The notes beneath the pieces are model-generated. The model did not search any database. It was not told the origin of the DNA and was given only the letters and a program-made list of their open reading frames with translations. DNA of 64,000 bases from Acidobacteriota bacterium (lineage in GTDB: Bacteria > Acidobacteriota > Blastocatellia > Pyrinomonadales > Pyrinomonadaceae), in NCBI GenBank assembly GCA_020200095.1, contig JAIVJJ010000235.1, forward strand, positions 6,140-70,139. The letters are read 5' to 3'. This document shows positions 18,430 to 28,175 of this stretch, piece after piece. Position numbers and translations under genes: made by a program. The stretch's first letter is position 1. Every line of letters begins with the position of its first letter.

Positions 18430-19896
18430 ATGTTTACTCTCGATACCGCTCGTTTCGATAACACATACGCGCGCTTGCCGGAAATGTTTTACCGGCGCGT
18501 GAAGCCGACGCCCTTACCCGCGCCGTATCTCGTTAGCTTTAATGAAAAAGCGGCAGAATTAATCGGACTTGACGCGGAGAAAGCAGACAAACCTGAATTT
18601 GTCGAATATTTTACCGGCAACAAACTTCTTCCCGGCAGCGAGCCGATTTCGGCAATTTACGCCGGTCATCAATTCGGCACTTTCGTCCCGCAGCTCGGCG
18701 ACGGACGCGCGATTCTTTTAGGCGAAGCCGTCAATGAAAAAGGCGAAAGATTTGACATTCAATTAAAGGGCGCGGGACTGACGCCGTTTTCGCGGATGGG
18801 CGACGGACGCGCGGTTTTGCGCTCGACGATTCGTGAATATTTGTGCAGTGAAGCTATGCATGCCCTCGGCATTCCGACAACTCGCGCTCTTTGCATAACC
18901 GGAAGCAATGAGCCAGTTTATCGTGAAACGGTTGAAACGGCGGCTGTCTTGACGCGGCTTGCGCCGACGCACGTGCGCTTCGGTTCTTTCGAGTTGTTTT
19001 ATTATCGCGGGCAATACGAGCAAGTGCGCGAGCTTGCCGATTATGTGATTCGTGAATTTTATTCGCAATTTAACGGAGCCGAAGATAAATATCTGCAATT
19101 CCTGCGTGAAGTTATTAAACGAACGGCAAAACTTATCGCGCAGTGGCAATCCGTCGGTTTCGCGCACGGCGTAATGAACACGGACAATATGTCCATCATC
19201 GGGTTGACGATTGATTACGGTCCGTTCGGTTTTCTCGACGAATTCGACGCCGATTTTATCTGCAATCACTCGGATTACGGCGGGCGTTACGCCTTTGACC
19301 AACAGCCGAATGTCGCGCTCTGGAATCTTTATAAATTTGCGCAGACATTAATTCCTTTGATTAAGCCTGAAGGAGCGGAAGCGGTTTTGGGCGAGTATCA
19401 AGCGATTTTTACCGAGCGATTAGTCGAATTGATGCGAGCTAAATTAGGCTTGGAAAAACAAGAGTTGGAAGACCCGGAATTAATCGTTGCTTTACTGGAA
19501 ATTTTACAATTGAGCAATGTTGACTATACCGTTTTCTTTCGTCGCTTGGGCGACTTTAAAACAGACGCGAATGAGAAAAACGATTTGTTGCAGGGAATGT
19601 TCATTGACCCGAAAAGCTTTGACCAATGGGCGAAAATTTATCGCGCTCGTTTGGCAAAGGAAAACATCTCGGACGCAGAACGACGCGAGAAAATGATGCG
19701 TGTTAATCCGAAATTCGTTCTTCGCAATCACATCGCGCAATCGGCGATTGAAAAAGCGCAAAAGGGCGACTATACAGAAGTGAACACGCTGCTTGAAATA
19801 TTACAAAAACCTTTCGACGAAAAACCGGAAATGGAACGCTTCGCTGCGCCGCCAACCGTCGGCAGTAAGCGCGTAGCGGTTAGTTGTTCATCATAA
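18430..19896 (+). CDS. selO: protein adenylyltransferase SelO (YdiU)
   Basis: YAGHQFG, LGDGRA, KGAGLTPFSRMGDGRAVLRSTIREYL, HGVMNTDNMSIIGLTIDYGPFGF signature blocks. Confidence 0.9.
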   Translation: MFTLDTARFDNTYARLPEMFYRRVKPTPLPAPYLVSFNEKAAELIGLDAEKADKPEFVEYFTGNKLLPGSEPISAIYAGHQFGTFVPQLGDGRAILLGEAVNEKGERFDIQLKGAGLTPFSRMGDGRAVLRSTIREYLCSEAMHALGIPTTRALCITGSNEPVYRETVETAAVLTRLAPTHVRFGSFELFYYRGQYEQVRELADYVIREFYSQFNGAEDKYLQFLREVIKRTAKLIAQWQSVGFAHGVMNTDNMSIIGLTIDYGPFGFLDEFDADFICNHSDYGGRYAFDQQPNVALWNLYKFAQTLIPLIKPEGAEAVLGEYQAIFTERLVELMRAKLGLEKQELEDPELIVALLEILQLSNVDYTVFFRRLGDFKTDANEKNDLLQGMFIDPKSFDQWAKIYRARLAKENISDAERREKMMRVNPKFVLRNHIAQSAIEKAQKGDYTEVNTLLEILQKPFDEKPEMERFAAPPTVGSKRVAVSCSS

Positions 19897-19966
19897 AGGC
19901 GAAACATAAAAGGTTTCAGAATGGGCGGGAGAAGCAGACCGACAAGCAAAAGCATTCACACGTGAT

Positions 19967-20392
19967 TTAACTGTATTTCCAGTCTCGCGCCTTAGAATGT
20001 ATTTCTTCCGCCATTCGGTTTAACTCGTCTCTTTCAATTTGTGTGTACTGCCACTTTAAAAAAATGTCATCACCCAAAAAACGCGGAATAAGATGCAAGT
20101 GAAAATGAAAAACTTCTTGTTGTCCGGCACGTCCGTTTGATTGCACCAAATTCAAACCGTCGCAACCGGATGCTTCTCGAATAGCGCGAGCGACTTTTAC
20201 CGTAACTTGAAAGATGCGAGCAGCTTCCGATTCGGATAAGTCATAAATGTTTTCAATATGAACTCGCGGAATTACCAGAACTTTATAAGGATTGGGCTGG
20301 TCTAAACTCATTATGCCGAAAACATATTCGTCTTCATAGACAAAACTGGCTGGAGCTTGACCGTTTGAGATTTTGCAAAAGATACAATCCAT
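19967..20392 (-). CDS. HIT family protein
   Basis: CIFCKI N-terminus and histidine triad HFHLHLIPR. 141 aa. Confidence 0.9.
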   Translation of the reverse strand: MDCIFCKISNGQAPASFVYEDEYVFGIMSLDQPNPYKVLVIPRVHIENIYDLSESEAARIFQVTVKVARAIREASGCDGLNLVQSNGRAGQQEVFHFHLHLIPRFLGDDIFLKWQYTQIERDELNRMAEEIHSKARDWKYS

Positions 20393-20555
20393 TTTGTTAT
20401 TACGCGCTATTTACAAGGTAGCTGCCCAACGGCGGAGTTGGCGTGGGGCGAAATCGGCTATACGCAAGTTAAAGTTTAACAGACAACGCCGAATGAGAGT
20501 CGCTGCTTCGCCCTCACGTCCATTGACTTGTTGGACAGCGGCTTTGCCTTGAGCC

Positions 20556-21791
20556 TTAGCTTTCACTCTTGAAAGCAGAATAATATGGCAAGTTGCACAC
20601 CTCGACAGACCATAAGTTACGCAAATGCTCTGCAATCCGGCGAGCAGATAAGCCCAGAGCCTGCATACCGCCGAATTCTTCGTAAAGGTCAGCAAATGCC
20701 GTGAGCCAAGCAAATGTTTGTTGCCGCAGAGTCGTCAAACCTCTTTGCCTGTCGCCGCTCAAAGCGTCGGGCAAGCGGTGAACAACGTGAAAAATATGCC
20801 ACCGCGCTCCGGCTTCAATCATCGCTCGCTTGAAAACTTCTTCCGTCATCTCCGAGTGCTTTTGCGTAAGTTGCGATTTATAAGCCGCGTCCATCAAAGG
20901 CTTAAGGCGTTCGGGAATTCGCATCATACAGCCCCAAGTAAAGCGTCCGGGCATTCCTTCAATCAGCGCGTGACGCAGTCCGCTCGCGCCGAAATCAAAC
21001 ATTCGCGGTTTGCCGCGTCGCCGAATGTAATCGCCCGCCGCATTCTGGTCGCCTTTGCAAAAAGCGAGAAATTGTTTCGGACGCGCTTCAACCGCCGACG
21101 CGATAAACTCGATTTCGTCAGCGACGCCCTGTTCGGCGCGAATGCCGAGATTTTCAAACACCGTTCGGTAAAGTTTGATTGCTTCTTCAACTTCACTTAA
21201 CGGAATCAAACGATTTCTCGTCTCAGACCAAGGGTCTTGAAAAAGTTTTTCGGGCTTGGGCAATGTGCCTAGACGATTTCTTATACGCCGATATTCTTCA
21301 TCTCGCCCAATTGTCGCCGCGTGTAATTGACCGATTAGCGAAATATGCTCAAGCAAAGTCTGCTCGGCAAGTTCCGGGTCGCGTCCGAGCAAAGCATCAA
21401 ATGTGTTTGGCTGTTCTCCGTCTCCCAAATCCTCAAGAACGATGAAACCGAATTCGCGGCTTCCGCCGTAAAGCTGAGGACTAAACGGAATGTCGCTCGG
21501 AACATTGCCCAAAAATTCGGATGCCGCCCAATCGCCAAATAACCAATGAGCCGAATTCGGCGTTTCAGAGCTATCGGGGTTATACCCAAATTCGTCTTCT
21601 CTGGTTTTTTTGACGATGACGCTGGCAGGAACATTAGAACCGGAGTCAACCACGCTGCAACGGACGACAACGCTTCCGTTGGTTATAAATGTTTCGCCCG
21701 CCCGCAAGTGGATTTCTCCTCCAAACTCCTCAGACAAGAGACTACTGGCAACATTGGCTATAAAATCCGGATTATGTCTTTCGTCATTCAT
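20556..21791 (-). CDS. phosphotransferase (APH/ChoK-like kinase fold) family protein, tentative
   Basis: VIVKKT (beta3 Lys-like), IVLEDLGDG hinge, CKGDQNAAGDYI...MFDFGASG resembling the Brenner/DFG-like motifs of the APH family. Weak assignment. Confidence 0.45.
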   Translation of the reverse strand: MNDERHNPDFIANVASSLLSEEFGGEIHLRAGETFITNGSVVVRCSVVDSGSNVPASVIVKKTREDEFGYNPDSSETPNSAHWLFGDWAASEFLGNVPSDIPFSPQLYGGSREFGFIVLEDLGDGEQPNTFDALLGRDPELAEQTLLEHISLIGQLHAATIGRDEEYRRIRNRLGTLPKPEKLFQDPWSETRNRLIPLSEVEEAIKLYRTVFENLGIRAEQGVADEIEFIASAVEARPKQFLAFCKGDQNAAGDYIRRRGKPRMFDFGASGLRHALIEGMPGRFTWGCMMRIPERLKPLMDAAYKSQLTQKHSEMTEEVFKRAMIEAGARWHIFHVVHRLPDALSGDRQRGLTTLRQQTFAWLTAFADLYEEFGGMQALGLSARRIAEHLRNLWSVEVCNLPYYSAFKSES

Positions 21792-21865
21792 TTAAGCTAT
21801 AAGACAATTCACCGTGAGCCGCCCAACTATTTTTTACGCTTTATTCCCTCTTGCACAAATAAAAA

Positions 21866-23113
21866 TTAACTCCAATTTGCATCGGGTTTCATTTTGAGAC
21901 GTTTGGCGGCGTCAATTACGTCTTGCAGTTCAACCGGATCGCTAAACGGGTCTTCATCTAGCACGGTAACGCGGTTTAATTCTTTCTGCCAACGACGCAG
22001 TTCGGCGACATAACGCTCGCTTGGAACGCGCCGCAAATCGCCATCCGAATCTTCCAAATCGCAAATTCCGTTGTGCAGCCATTCGCCCGTGTGCCAGTCG
22101 GGCATATCAACCGCCGGGAACAAACAAATTCCGTGAAGGTCAATTCCTTCGTTGACGGCTGCGAGCGATTCTTCCATTACGTCCTTCAGCCACGCGGCGC
22201 GTCCGCCTTGCATTCCGCTGGTTTCGCCGATAATCATCGGTCTTTGGTATCTGTCCCAAACCAATCTCAATAAATCACAAAGCGGCTTAATGCGGTCGTC
22301 GTCCGGGTCTAAAGCCTTGTGCGGACCGTGTTCGCGGTATTCCATCTGTCCGAAAGAATAATTATTCGCGCCGACAATATCGAGAATTTCCGGTGAGCCG
22401 CCGAGTTCGGGATGTTTTTTTCCGGCAATGATATCCCAAGCCAGAAAAGTGTCAACAAAGGTTTCGTAATAAGTAATGTTCGTTTGTTCGGGACGTTCGC
22501 GCGGCGCGACGACTTGCACGAGCGGGTCAATGTGAATCATTCGCGCTTCGGGTTCGATTTCACGAATGGCTTTAACGCCCGCGATTGCCGCTTTGCACAA
22601 AGCAATGCGAAATTTGAAGCGGTCTTCTTTAGTGTTTTTATAAGGCGCGACCCAGCCCCATTCACCGCCGCAGAATGAAAAAAACGTGATTTCGTTAATC
22701 GGCGTAAAGAAATGCGGTCCGTGTTCGATGCGCGGCACGACATACTCCGCCGCGGCGCGGCAGTAATTTGCAAATCTTGTCGTAAATTCTTCCGAAAACG
22801 GGTCGAGGTCGTCCGGGTAGCCGTAATGACATAAATCCCAAATCGGCAGGATTTGCGATTTGTTCATTGCCGCAATCATCTGGTCAATGCAGGAAAAATC
22901 ATACTGTCCGTTTTTGTCAACCAGTGCCCAGGGAATTCCTTCGCGCGCGACGGCAATTCCAAGTTCACGCAAAATTCGATAATCTTCACGCGCGTATTTA
23001 TCGTGCTGCGTTTCGGCAATCAAATTGCGCCGCCCTTTGTCTTTCCAGAGAAAGTTCGAACACTCAAAGCCGGAAATAAAAAATGTCGGGAAAATGCCGG
23101 GTCGTTTAGCCAT
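21866..23113 (-). CDS. clan GH-A TIM-barrel glycoside hydrolase (family 1-like), tentative
   Basis: PINEITF (acid/base NE) and MIIGETSG (nucleophile E) spaced as in GH1/GH5-type barrels. 415 aa, no signal peptide. Confidence 0.5.
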   Translation of the reverse strand: MAKRPGIFPTFFISGFECSNFLWKDKGRRNLIAETQHDKYAREDYRILRELGIAVAREGIPWALVDKNGQYDFSCIDQMIAAMNKSQILPIWDLCHYGYPDDLDPFSEEFTTRFANYCRAAAEYVVPRIEHGPHFFTPINEITFFSFCGGEWGWVAPYKNTKEDRFKFRIALCKAAIAGVKAIREIEPEARMIHIDPLVQVVAPRERPEQTNITYYETFVDTFLAWDIIAGKKHPELGGSPEILDIVGANNYSFGQMEYREHGPHKALDPDDDRIKPLCDLLRLVWDRYQRPMIIGETSGMQGGRAAWLKDVMEESLAAVNEGIDLHGICLFPAVDMPDWHTGEWLHNGICDLEDSDGDLRRVPSERYVAELRRWQKELNRVTVLDEDPFSDPVELQDVIDAAKRLKMKPDANWS

Positions 23114-23312
23114 AAATCCATTCTAACCTGAACATCCTCAAAGCGGGCAAGACGATATTTTGTTTTCAGGCGAATTTAAGAAAATTGTTGATTTCAGATA
23201 TAGTTATTAAAATCATCCGTGTTGCTGTAAAGAAACGCGAAGATTGGATATTAGCAGAAAGCGGTAGCTAATTAATGGTTACACATTATCAAAAATCAGG
23301 GAAGGTTGTTTA

Positions 23313-25034
23313 ATGGAAAAACAGGTGGAAGCAGAGGAAAATTCATTTGAAAAATTCGGTTTGAGTGAAGAATTACTAAAGGCAATCAACGACGTCGGTT
23401 ACGAAACGCCGTCGCCGATTCAGCTTAAAACTATCCCGTTGTTACTCTCAGGCAAAGATGTTGTCGGGCAGGCGCAAACCGGAACCGGCAAAACGGCGGC
23501 GTTCGCCCTGCCGATGCTTGAGAAAATCAATATAAAAAGCAAAGACGTGCAGGCGCTTGTTTTGACGCCAACGCGTGAGTTGGCGATTCAAGTCGCCGAA
23601 GCGTTTCATACTTATTCAAAATATTTGGGAAGCGTCCGTGTCCTACCGATTTACGGTGGTCAATCCATCTCGCAGCAAATCAGACATTTGCGTAGCGGTG
23701 TGCAGGTTATTGTTGGCACTCCGGGTCGCGTGATGGATCATATGCGGCGCGAAACGATTGATATTTCAAATCTAAAAATCGTCACGTTAGACGAAGCCGA
23801 CGAAATGTTACGGATGGGGTTTCAGGAAGACGTTGAATGGATTCTCTCGCACACGCCCGAAGAACGTCAGACAGCTTTGTTTTCGGCAACAATGCCGCGC
23901 GAAGTGCGTCGAATTGCCGAGCGTTATCTGAAGGAACCGGAAAACATTGAAGTTGAGCGCAAAACGATGACCGTTCCAACCGTCAAGCAGTTTTACGTCA
24001 ATGTTTCCGAAAGTCAAAAAACGGATGCCCTGACTCGCCTTTTAGAAGTAGAAGCAAATTCAGGCGAAGCAGTGCTGATTTTTCATCGCACAAAAGTCGG
24101 CGCGGCTGATTTAACCGTCAAACTCCAAGCACGCGGTTATGCGGCGGAAGCAATGCACGGAGATTTGAATCAGAATCAGCGCGAAGCAATTATTAAACGA
24201 CTGCGTAGCGGGCAAGTTGAGATTGTGGTTGCCACCGACGTCGCTGCTCGCGGACTTGATGTTGAACGTATTGCTTCCGTAATCAATTACGATATGCCTA
24301 ACGACACCGAATCTTACGTCCACCGCATTGGGCGAACCGGACGAGCCGGACGTGAAGGCAGGACGGTGCTGTTCGTTACGCCGCGCCAACAACGAATGAA
24401 GCGCGACATCGAGCAATACACCAAGCAAAAAATCGAGCCGATGAAAATTCCGACGCAGGCAGACGTGGCATCGCGCCGGATGGCTTTATTTAAAGAGCGC
24501 ATTCTTAAAACTCTCGTTGACGAAGAACTGGATTTGTATCTATCCATTGTCGAAGAACTCGCCGAGGAAAGCGGCTGCGACATCGCTGAAATTGCCGCCG
24601 CAGCCGCATTTTTAGGCGCGGGCGATAAACCGCTTGAGGTTGCGGTTGAGCCAAAACCAGAACAACTTTCATTTCAGGAAGACGGAATGGTGCGCTTGTT
24701 TTTTGACATTGGACGAAACCATCGAATTGGTCCGGCGGATATTGTTGGCGCGATTGCCAATGAAGGCAATGTTCCCGGTAAAGCAATCGGCGCAATTGAT
24801 GTTTACGATCGCTTTACGTTGGTTGATGTTCCGTCAGAATACGTTCAGCAAGTTGTAAAAGGAATGGGAAACACCCGTATTCGCAGCCAAAAGGCAAATA
24901 TTCGTTTGGCTGCGCCGCACGAAATTTCGGAAGACAAACCACGCCGTGACAAACCAACCAAAGGTAAAGACAAAGGTTTTAAGAAGGACAAAAAGCAAGA
25001 ACGTAAAGGCAAAAAGAAGTATTCAAAGCGTTAA
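23313..25034 (+). CDS. DEAD-box ATP-dependent RNA helicase (DeaD/CsdA-like)
   Basis: Q motif, AQTGTGKT, TPTREL, DEAD, SAT, HRIGRTGRAG. DbpA-like C-terminal RNA-binding domain and Lys-rich tail. Confidence 0.93.
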   Translation: MEKQVEAEENSFEKFGLSEELLKAINDVGYETPSPIQLKTIPLLLSGKDVVGQAQTGTGKTAAFALPMLEKINIKSKDVQALVLTPTRELAIQVAEAFHTYSKYLGSVRVLPIYGGQSISQQIRHLRSGVQVIVGTPGRVMDHMRRETIDISNLKIVTLDEADEMLRMGFQEDVEWILSHTPEERQTALFSATMPREVRRIAERYLKEPENIEVERKTMTVPTVKQFYVNVSESQKTDALTRLLEVEANSGEAVLIFHRTKVGAADLTVKLQARGYAAEAMHGDLNQNQREAIIKRLRSGQVEIVVATDVAARGLDVERIASVINYDMPNDTESYVHRIGRTGRAGREGRTVLFVTPRQQRMKRDIEQYTKQKIEPMKIPTQADVASRRMALFKERILKTLVDEELDLYLSIVEELAEESGCDIAEIAAAAAFLGAGDKPLEVAVEPKPEQLSFQEDGMVRLFFDIGRNHRIGPADIVGAIANEGNVPGKAIGAIDVYDRFTLVDVPSEYVQQVVKGMGNTRIRSQKANIRLAAPHEISEDKPRRDKPTKGKDKGFKKDKKQERKGKKKYSKR

Positions 25035-25042
25035 AATTAAAT

Positions 25043-25777
25043 ATGCGTAACGAATTATTATCACTGCTGGGCGGAATGTTTTCGTCCGGCGGAACCGCAA
25101 GCGGCGGCGCGATACAGAATCGAATTGTTGAGGTCGGCTCCGATAATTACGATTATCAAATTTATGTTCCGGCAAAGATTCCGAACGAACAAAATTTACC
25201 GGTAATCGTTTTCTTGCACGGCATCGGTCAGCGCGGCAGCGGCGGATTCGTTCCGACCGAAGGCACGGGCGGCGCGCTCGTCCGTCATTATTTAGGGCAA
25301 GTTCCGGCTATTATTTTACTGCCGCATTGCCGTTTGGGAAGTTACTGGTCAGACCCTGTGATGGATGAAATGGTAATGCAGTCGCTCGCGCAAACCGTTG
25401 AAGAATTCCCCGCGAACACTAATCGAATTTACCTAATCGGCGTTTCAATGGGCGGCTATGGTGTCTGGCATTTAGCCGCGCAACACGCTGAAAAGTTTGC
25501 CGCGCTCGTTTCGATTTGCGGCGGCAGTACGATTACAAAAGGCGAGCGCTTTAATTCCATCGCCCAAAAAGTCGGTAAAACTCCGGCGTGGCTCTTTCAC
25601 GGTGCGGACGACCGGATTGTTCCCGTCAACGAATCACGCCAAATTGTAAAAGCATTAGAAGCAAACGCGGGAAACGTAAAATACAGTGAATACGCCGGCG
25701 TCGGTCATAACGTCTGGATAAATGCGCTTGCCGAAAAAGAGTTGCTGCCGTGGCTTTTAGCCCAACGTCTCGGATAA
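25043..25777 (+). CDS. alpha/beta hydrolase (carboxylesterase/PHB depolymerase-like)
   Basis: VIVFLHGIGQRG, nucleophile elbow GVSMGGYG, HGADDRIVP, GVGHNVW. Starts 8 nt after the helicase stop. Confidence 0.75.
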   Translation: MRNELLSLLGGMFSSGGTASGGAIQNRIVEVGSDNYDYQIYVPAKIPNEQNLPVIVFLHGIGQRGSGGFVPTEGTGGALVRHYLGQVPAIILLPHCRLGSYWSDPVMDEMVMQSLAQTVEEFPANTNRIYLIGVSMGGYGVWHLAAQHAEKFAALVSICGGSTITKGERFNSIAQKVGKTPAWLFHGADDRIVPVNESRQIVKALEANAGNVKYSEYAGVGHNVWINALAEKELLPWLLAQRLG

Positions 25778-25843
25778 AACGGTTTTATTTGGTTTGGTTT
25801 TCAGGTCGCCAAACTCATTTTATCCTTACTCGGTTATCAATAT

Positions 25844-25888
25844 AAAAGCCTTTAGTTCTTGAACAACTAAAGGCTTTTTAGTTTTTTG
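25844..25888 (+). terminator. intrinsic terminator
   Basis: AAAAGCCTTTAGTT (25844-25857) pairs with AACTAAAGGCTTTT (25865-25878), followed by TAGTTTTTT. Confidence 0.75.
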
Positions 25889-26075
25889 AGATTGTATTCT
25901 CAAGTGCAATTTTATGTGAATCAAAATCAGCAAATTAAGTCACTGTTATTTGTCCGCTTTGTCTTTAGATCAGTTCAACGAAAAAATCTATTGTAAAGAA
26001 CTTCTGCTGGCTATAGAATGTATTACGCTTTTCAATGAAAATAGATTACTGTCGCTCTGAAAAAGGATAAATTCT

Positions 26076-28061
26076 ATGAAAGTTACAATTTTGACCTCAT
26101 GCCTTTTGGCATTTCTATTCACTTTTTCGACTCAAACATTTGCCGTAGATTTTACGGTTAATTTGACTGCCGACCAGCACGACGCAAGCGCGGCGGACGG
26201 CGTTTGCGATATTGATTTGGTAACGGCAGGCTTGCAATGCTCGCTGCGGGCGGCGGTCGAGCAAGCTAACAATCTCAGCAGTGACGAGCGTATTTTATTT
26301 AATTTATCTGTTAATTCAATCATTACATCAACAACAGCTAATGGCGGAGAAATTTACATAGCCCCCTATCAAATGCAGGGAATAATGTCTGCAGTCCGAT
26401 CTGGAACGCTGGAAATAATCGGAATAGGTGCAAACAATCTGACTATTAGTGGGGGCGGCACAAACCGCATCTTTTACGCAGATAATGCAAACCTAACTAT
26501 TTCGGGTGTTACATTGACAGCCGGTAGTGGAACGAGTGTAAGGAGTAAATATGGCGGGGGAGCGATTATTGCCTCTGGGGGTTCGCTGACGCTTGACAGT
26601 GTTCACGTTAAAGACAACTCGACGTTCTCAGCCAAAGCGGAAGCCAGCGGCGGCGGCTTTTGCAATCATTGGGGCGGCATAATAATGCGCAGTGTAACCA
26701 TTACCAATAACAGCGCAAGGGATATCGGCGGCATTGACCACTATGCAGATTCGTTCAATTTCGGTAATACGATTGTAGCTGGCAATATAGCAACTAGTGG
26801 ATTTAGCCCTGAAATCTCCTATGGCGGGGCTTACGGAATTACATCGGCAGGCGGCAATCTAGTCGGCGATTCGCCAGGTGATTCGACTAACACTGGAGGA
26901 ACTGCAATAACCTATCAACCGACGGACATTCGAGATGCGGATCCGATGCTCGGTGCATTACAAAATAACGGTGGAACAACTCCGACACACGCACTGCTTG
27001 TCGGCAGCCCGGCGATTGATGCCGGACTCAATGCTTTGGCGGTTGACCCTTTTAACGGCAACGCGACACTTGCCTTTGACCAACGCAGAACAGGCTTTCC
27101 TCGGCAACTCGGAGCCGCCGTTGACATTGGCGCATTTGAGCGTAGAAGTGGAAGCAGTTCTCGCTCGACTTTGTTCGATTTTGACGGTGACGGGAAAGCC
27201 GATATTTCAGTGTTTCGTCCGTCGAATGGTTTCTGGTATATCATGAAAAGTTCGGGCGGATATTCATCTGTTCAATGGGGATTAGCAACTGATAGGCTCG
27301 TGCCGGGCGATTATGATGGCGACGGAAAAACTGATTTGGCAGTTTATCGTAGTGGTACCTTCGGAACAAGTTTTAACAACACTTGGTATATTCTCAGAAG
27401 CTCGGATAATACCTCTCGTGCTAGACAATGGGGAATAAGTGGAGGTTTTATCTTCGATGCACCAGTACCTGCTGATTATGACGGCGACGGTAAAACTGAT
27501 TTAGCGTTTTATCGTAATAGCGATGCTATACCGACGCCGGGTCATTTCCAGATTTTGCAAAGTTCGACCGATTCGGGAGTCATTAAACAATGGGGAACTA
27601 ACGCCGACAAAACAGTTCCGGCAGATTACGACGGCGACGGAAAAGCAGATTTAGCGGTCTTTCGAACCAATAATTTTCCTGGTAGCACTGAGGTCAACAC
27701 CTGGTATATTTTACAAAGTTCAAATGGTGCAATGAGAATTGAGCGTTTTGGACTTCCCACCGATAGACTCGTTCCGGCTGATTATGATGGCGACGGAAAA
27801 GCCGACATTGCTGTTTGGCGACCGTCAAATGGTTTTTGGTATCGCATTAACAGTAGTGATGGTTCTTTTAGTGCTGTCCAGTTCGGAATTACTGAGGATA
27901 AGCCTGTCCCGGCAGATTATGATGGCGATGGAAAAACCGACATTGCGGTGTTCCGACCTTCGACGGGCGTTTGGTATCTGCAACGTTCAACAGAAGGCTT
28001 TTCGGCGCAGCAGTTTGGTTTGAGTAATGATATTCCGATACCAAATGTTTATGTCCGCTAA
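26076..28061 (+). CDS. secreted CSLREA/choice-of-anchor-Q-like beta-helix protein with FG-GAP/VCBS repeats
   Basis: Signal peptide. LQCSLRAAVEQAN motif. About seven to eight repeats of PADYDGDGKTDLAVFRPSNGFWY. Confidence 0.8.
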   Translation: MKVTILTSCLLAFLFTFSTQTFAVDFTVNLTADQHDASAADGVCDIDLVTAGLQCSLRAAVEQANNLSSDERILFNLSVNSIITSTTANGGEIYIAPYQMQGIMSAVRSGTLEIIGIGANNLTISGGGTNRIFYADNANLTISGVTLTAGSGTSVRSKYGGGAIIASGGSLTLDSVHVKDNSTFSAKAEASGGGFCNHWGGIIMRSVTITNNSARDIGGIDHYADSFNFGNTIVAGNIATSGFSPEISYGGAYGITSAGGNLVGDSPGDSTNTGGTAITYQPTDIRDADPMLGALQNNGGTTPTHALLVGSPAIDAGLNALAVDPFNGNATLAFDQRRTGFPRQLGAAVDIGAFERRSGSSSRSTLFDFDGDGKADISVFRPSNGFWYIMKSSGGYSSVQWGLATDRLVPGDYDGDGKTDLAVYRSGTFGTSFNNTWYILRSSDNTSRARQWGISGGFIFDAPVPADYDGDGKTDLAFYRNSDAIPTPGHFQILQSSTDSGVIKQWGTNADKTVPADYDGDGKADLAVFRTNNFPGSTEVNTWYILQSSNGAMRIERFGLPTDRLVPADYDGDGKADIAVWRPSNGFWYRINSSDGSFSAVQFGITEDKPVPADYDGDGKTDIAVFRPSTGVWYLQRSTEGFSAQQFGLSNDIPIPNVYVR

Positions 28062-28080
28062 TTATCTTTCAAGTTAAAGA

Positions 28081-28120
28081 AAAAGGCTTTGTTTGATGCT
28101 TATCAAACAAAGCCTTTTTC
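28081..28120. terminator. bidirectional intrinsic terminator between convergent genes
   Basis: 17-bp perfect stem AAAAGGCTTTGTTTGAT / ATCAAACAAAGCCTTTT with a 4-nt loop, flanked by A-run and T-run. Confidence 0.8.
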
Positions 28121-28175
28121 TTACGCTGATAAATTTGTCGAAAAAGCATTGGTTTTTGACAAATCAAAAATAAAG

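Noticed and set aside
18763-19302. 179-aa minus-strand ORF inside selO.
   Set aside because: It is antisense to a strongly conserved SelO coding region and has no recognisable motifs.
20411-20713. 100-aa ORF spanning the HIT / APH-like intergenic region, and a possible riboswitch-like GC-rich segment (20430-20530).
   Set aside because: The ORF overlaps the 3' end of the APH-like gene with no motifs. I could not match the segment to any riboswitch consensus I know (fluoride, c-di-GMP, glycine, preQ1).
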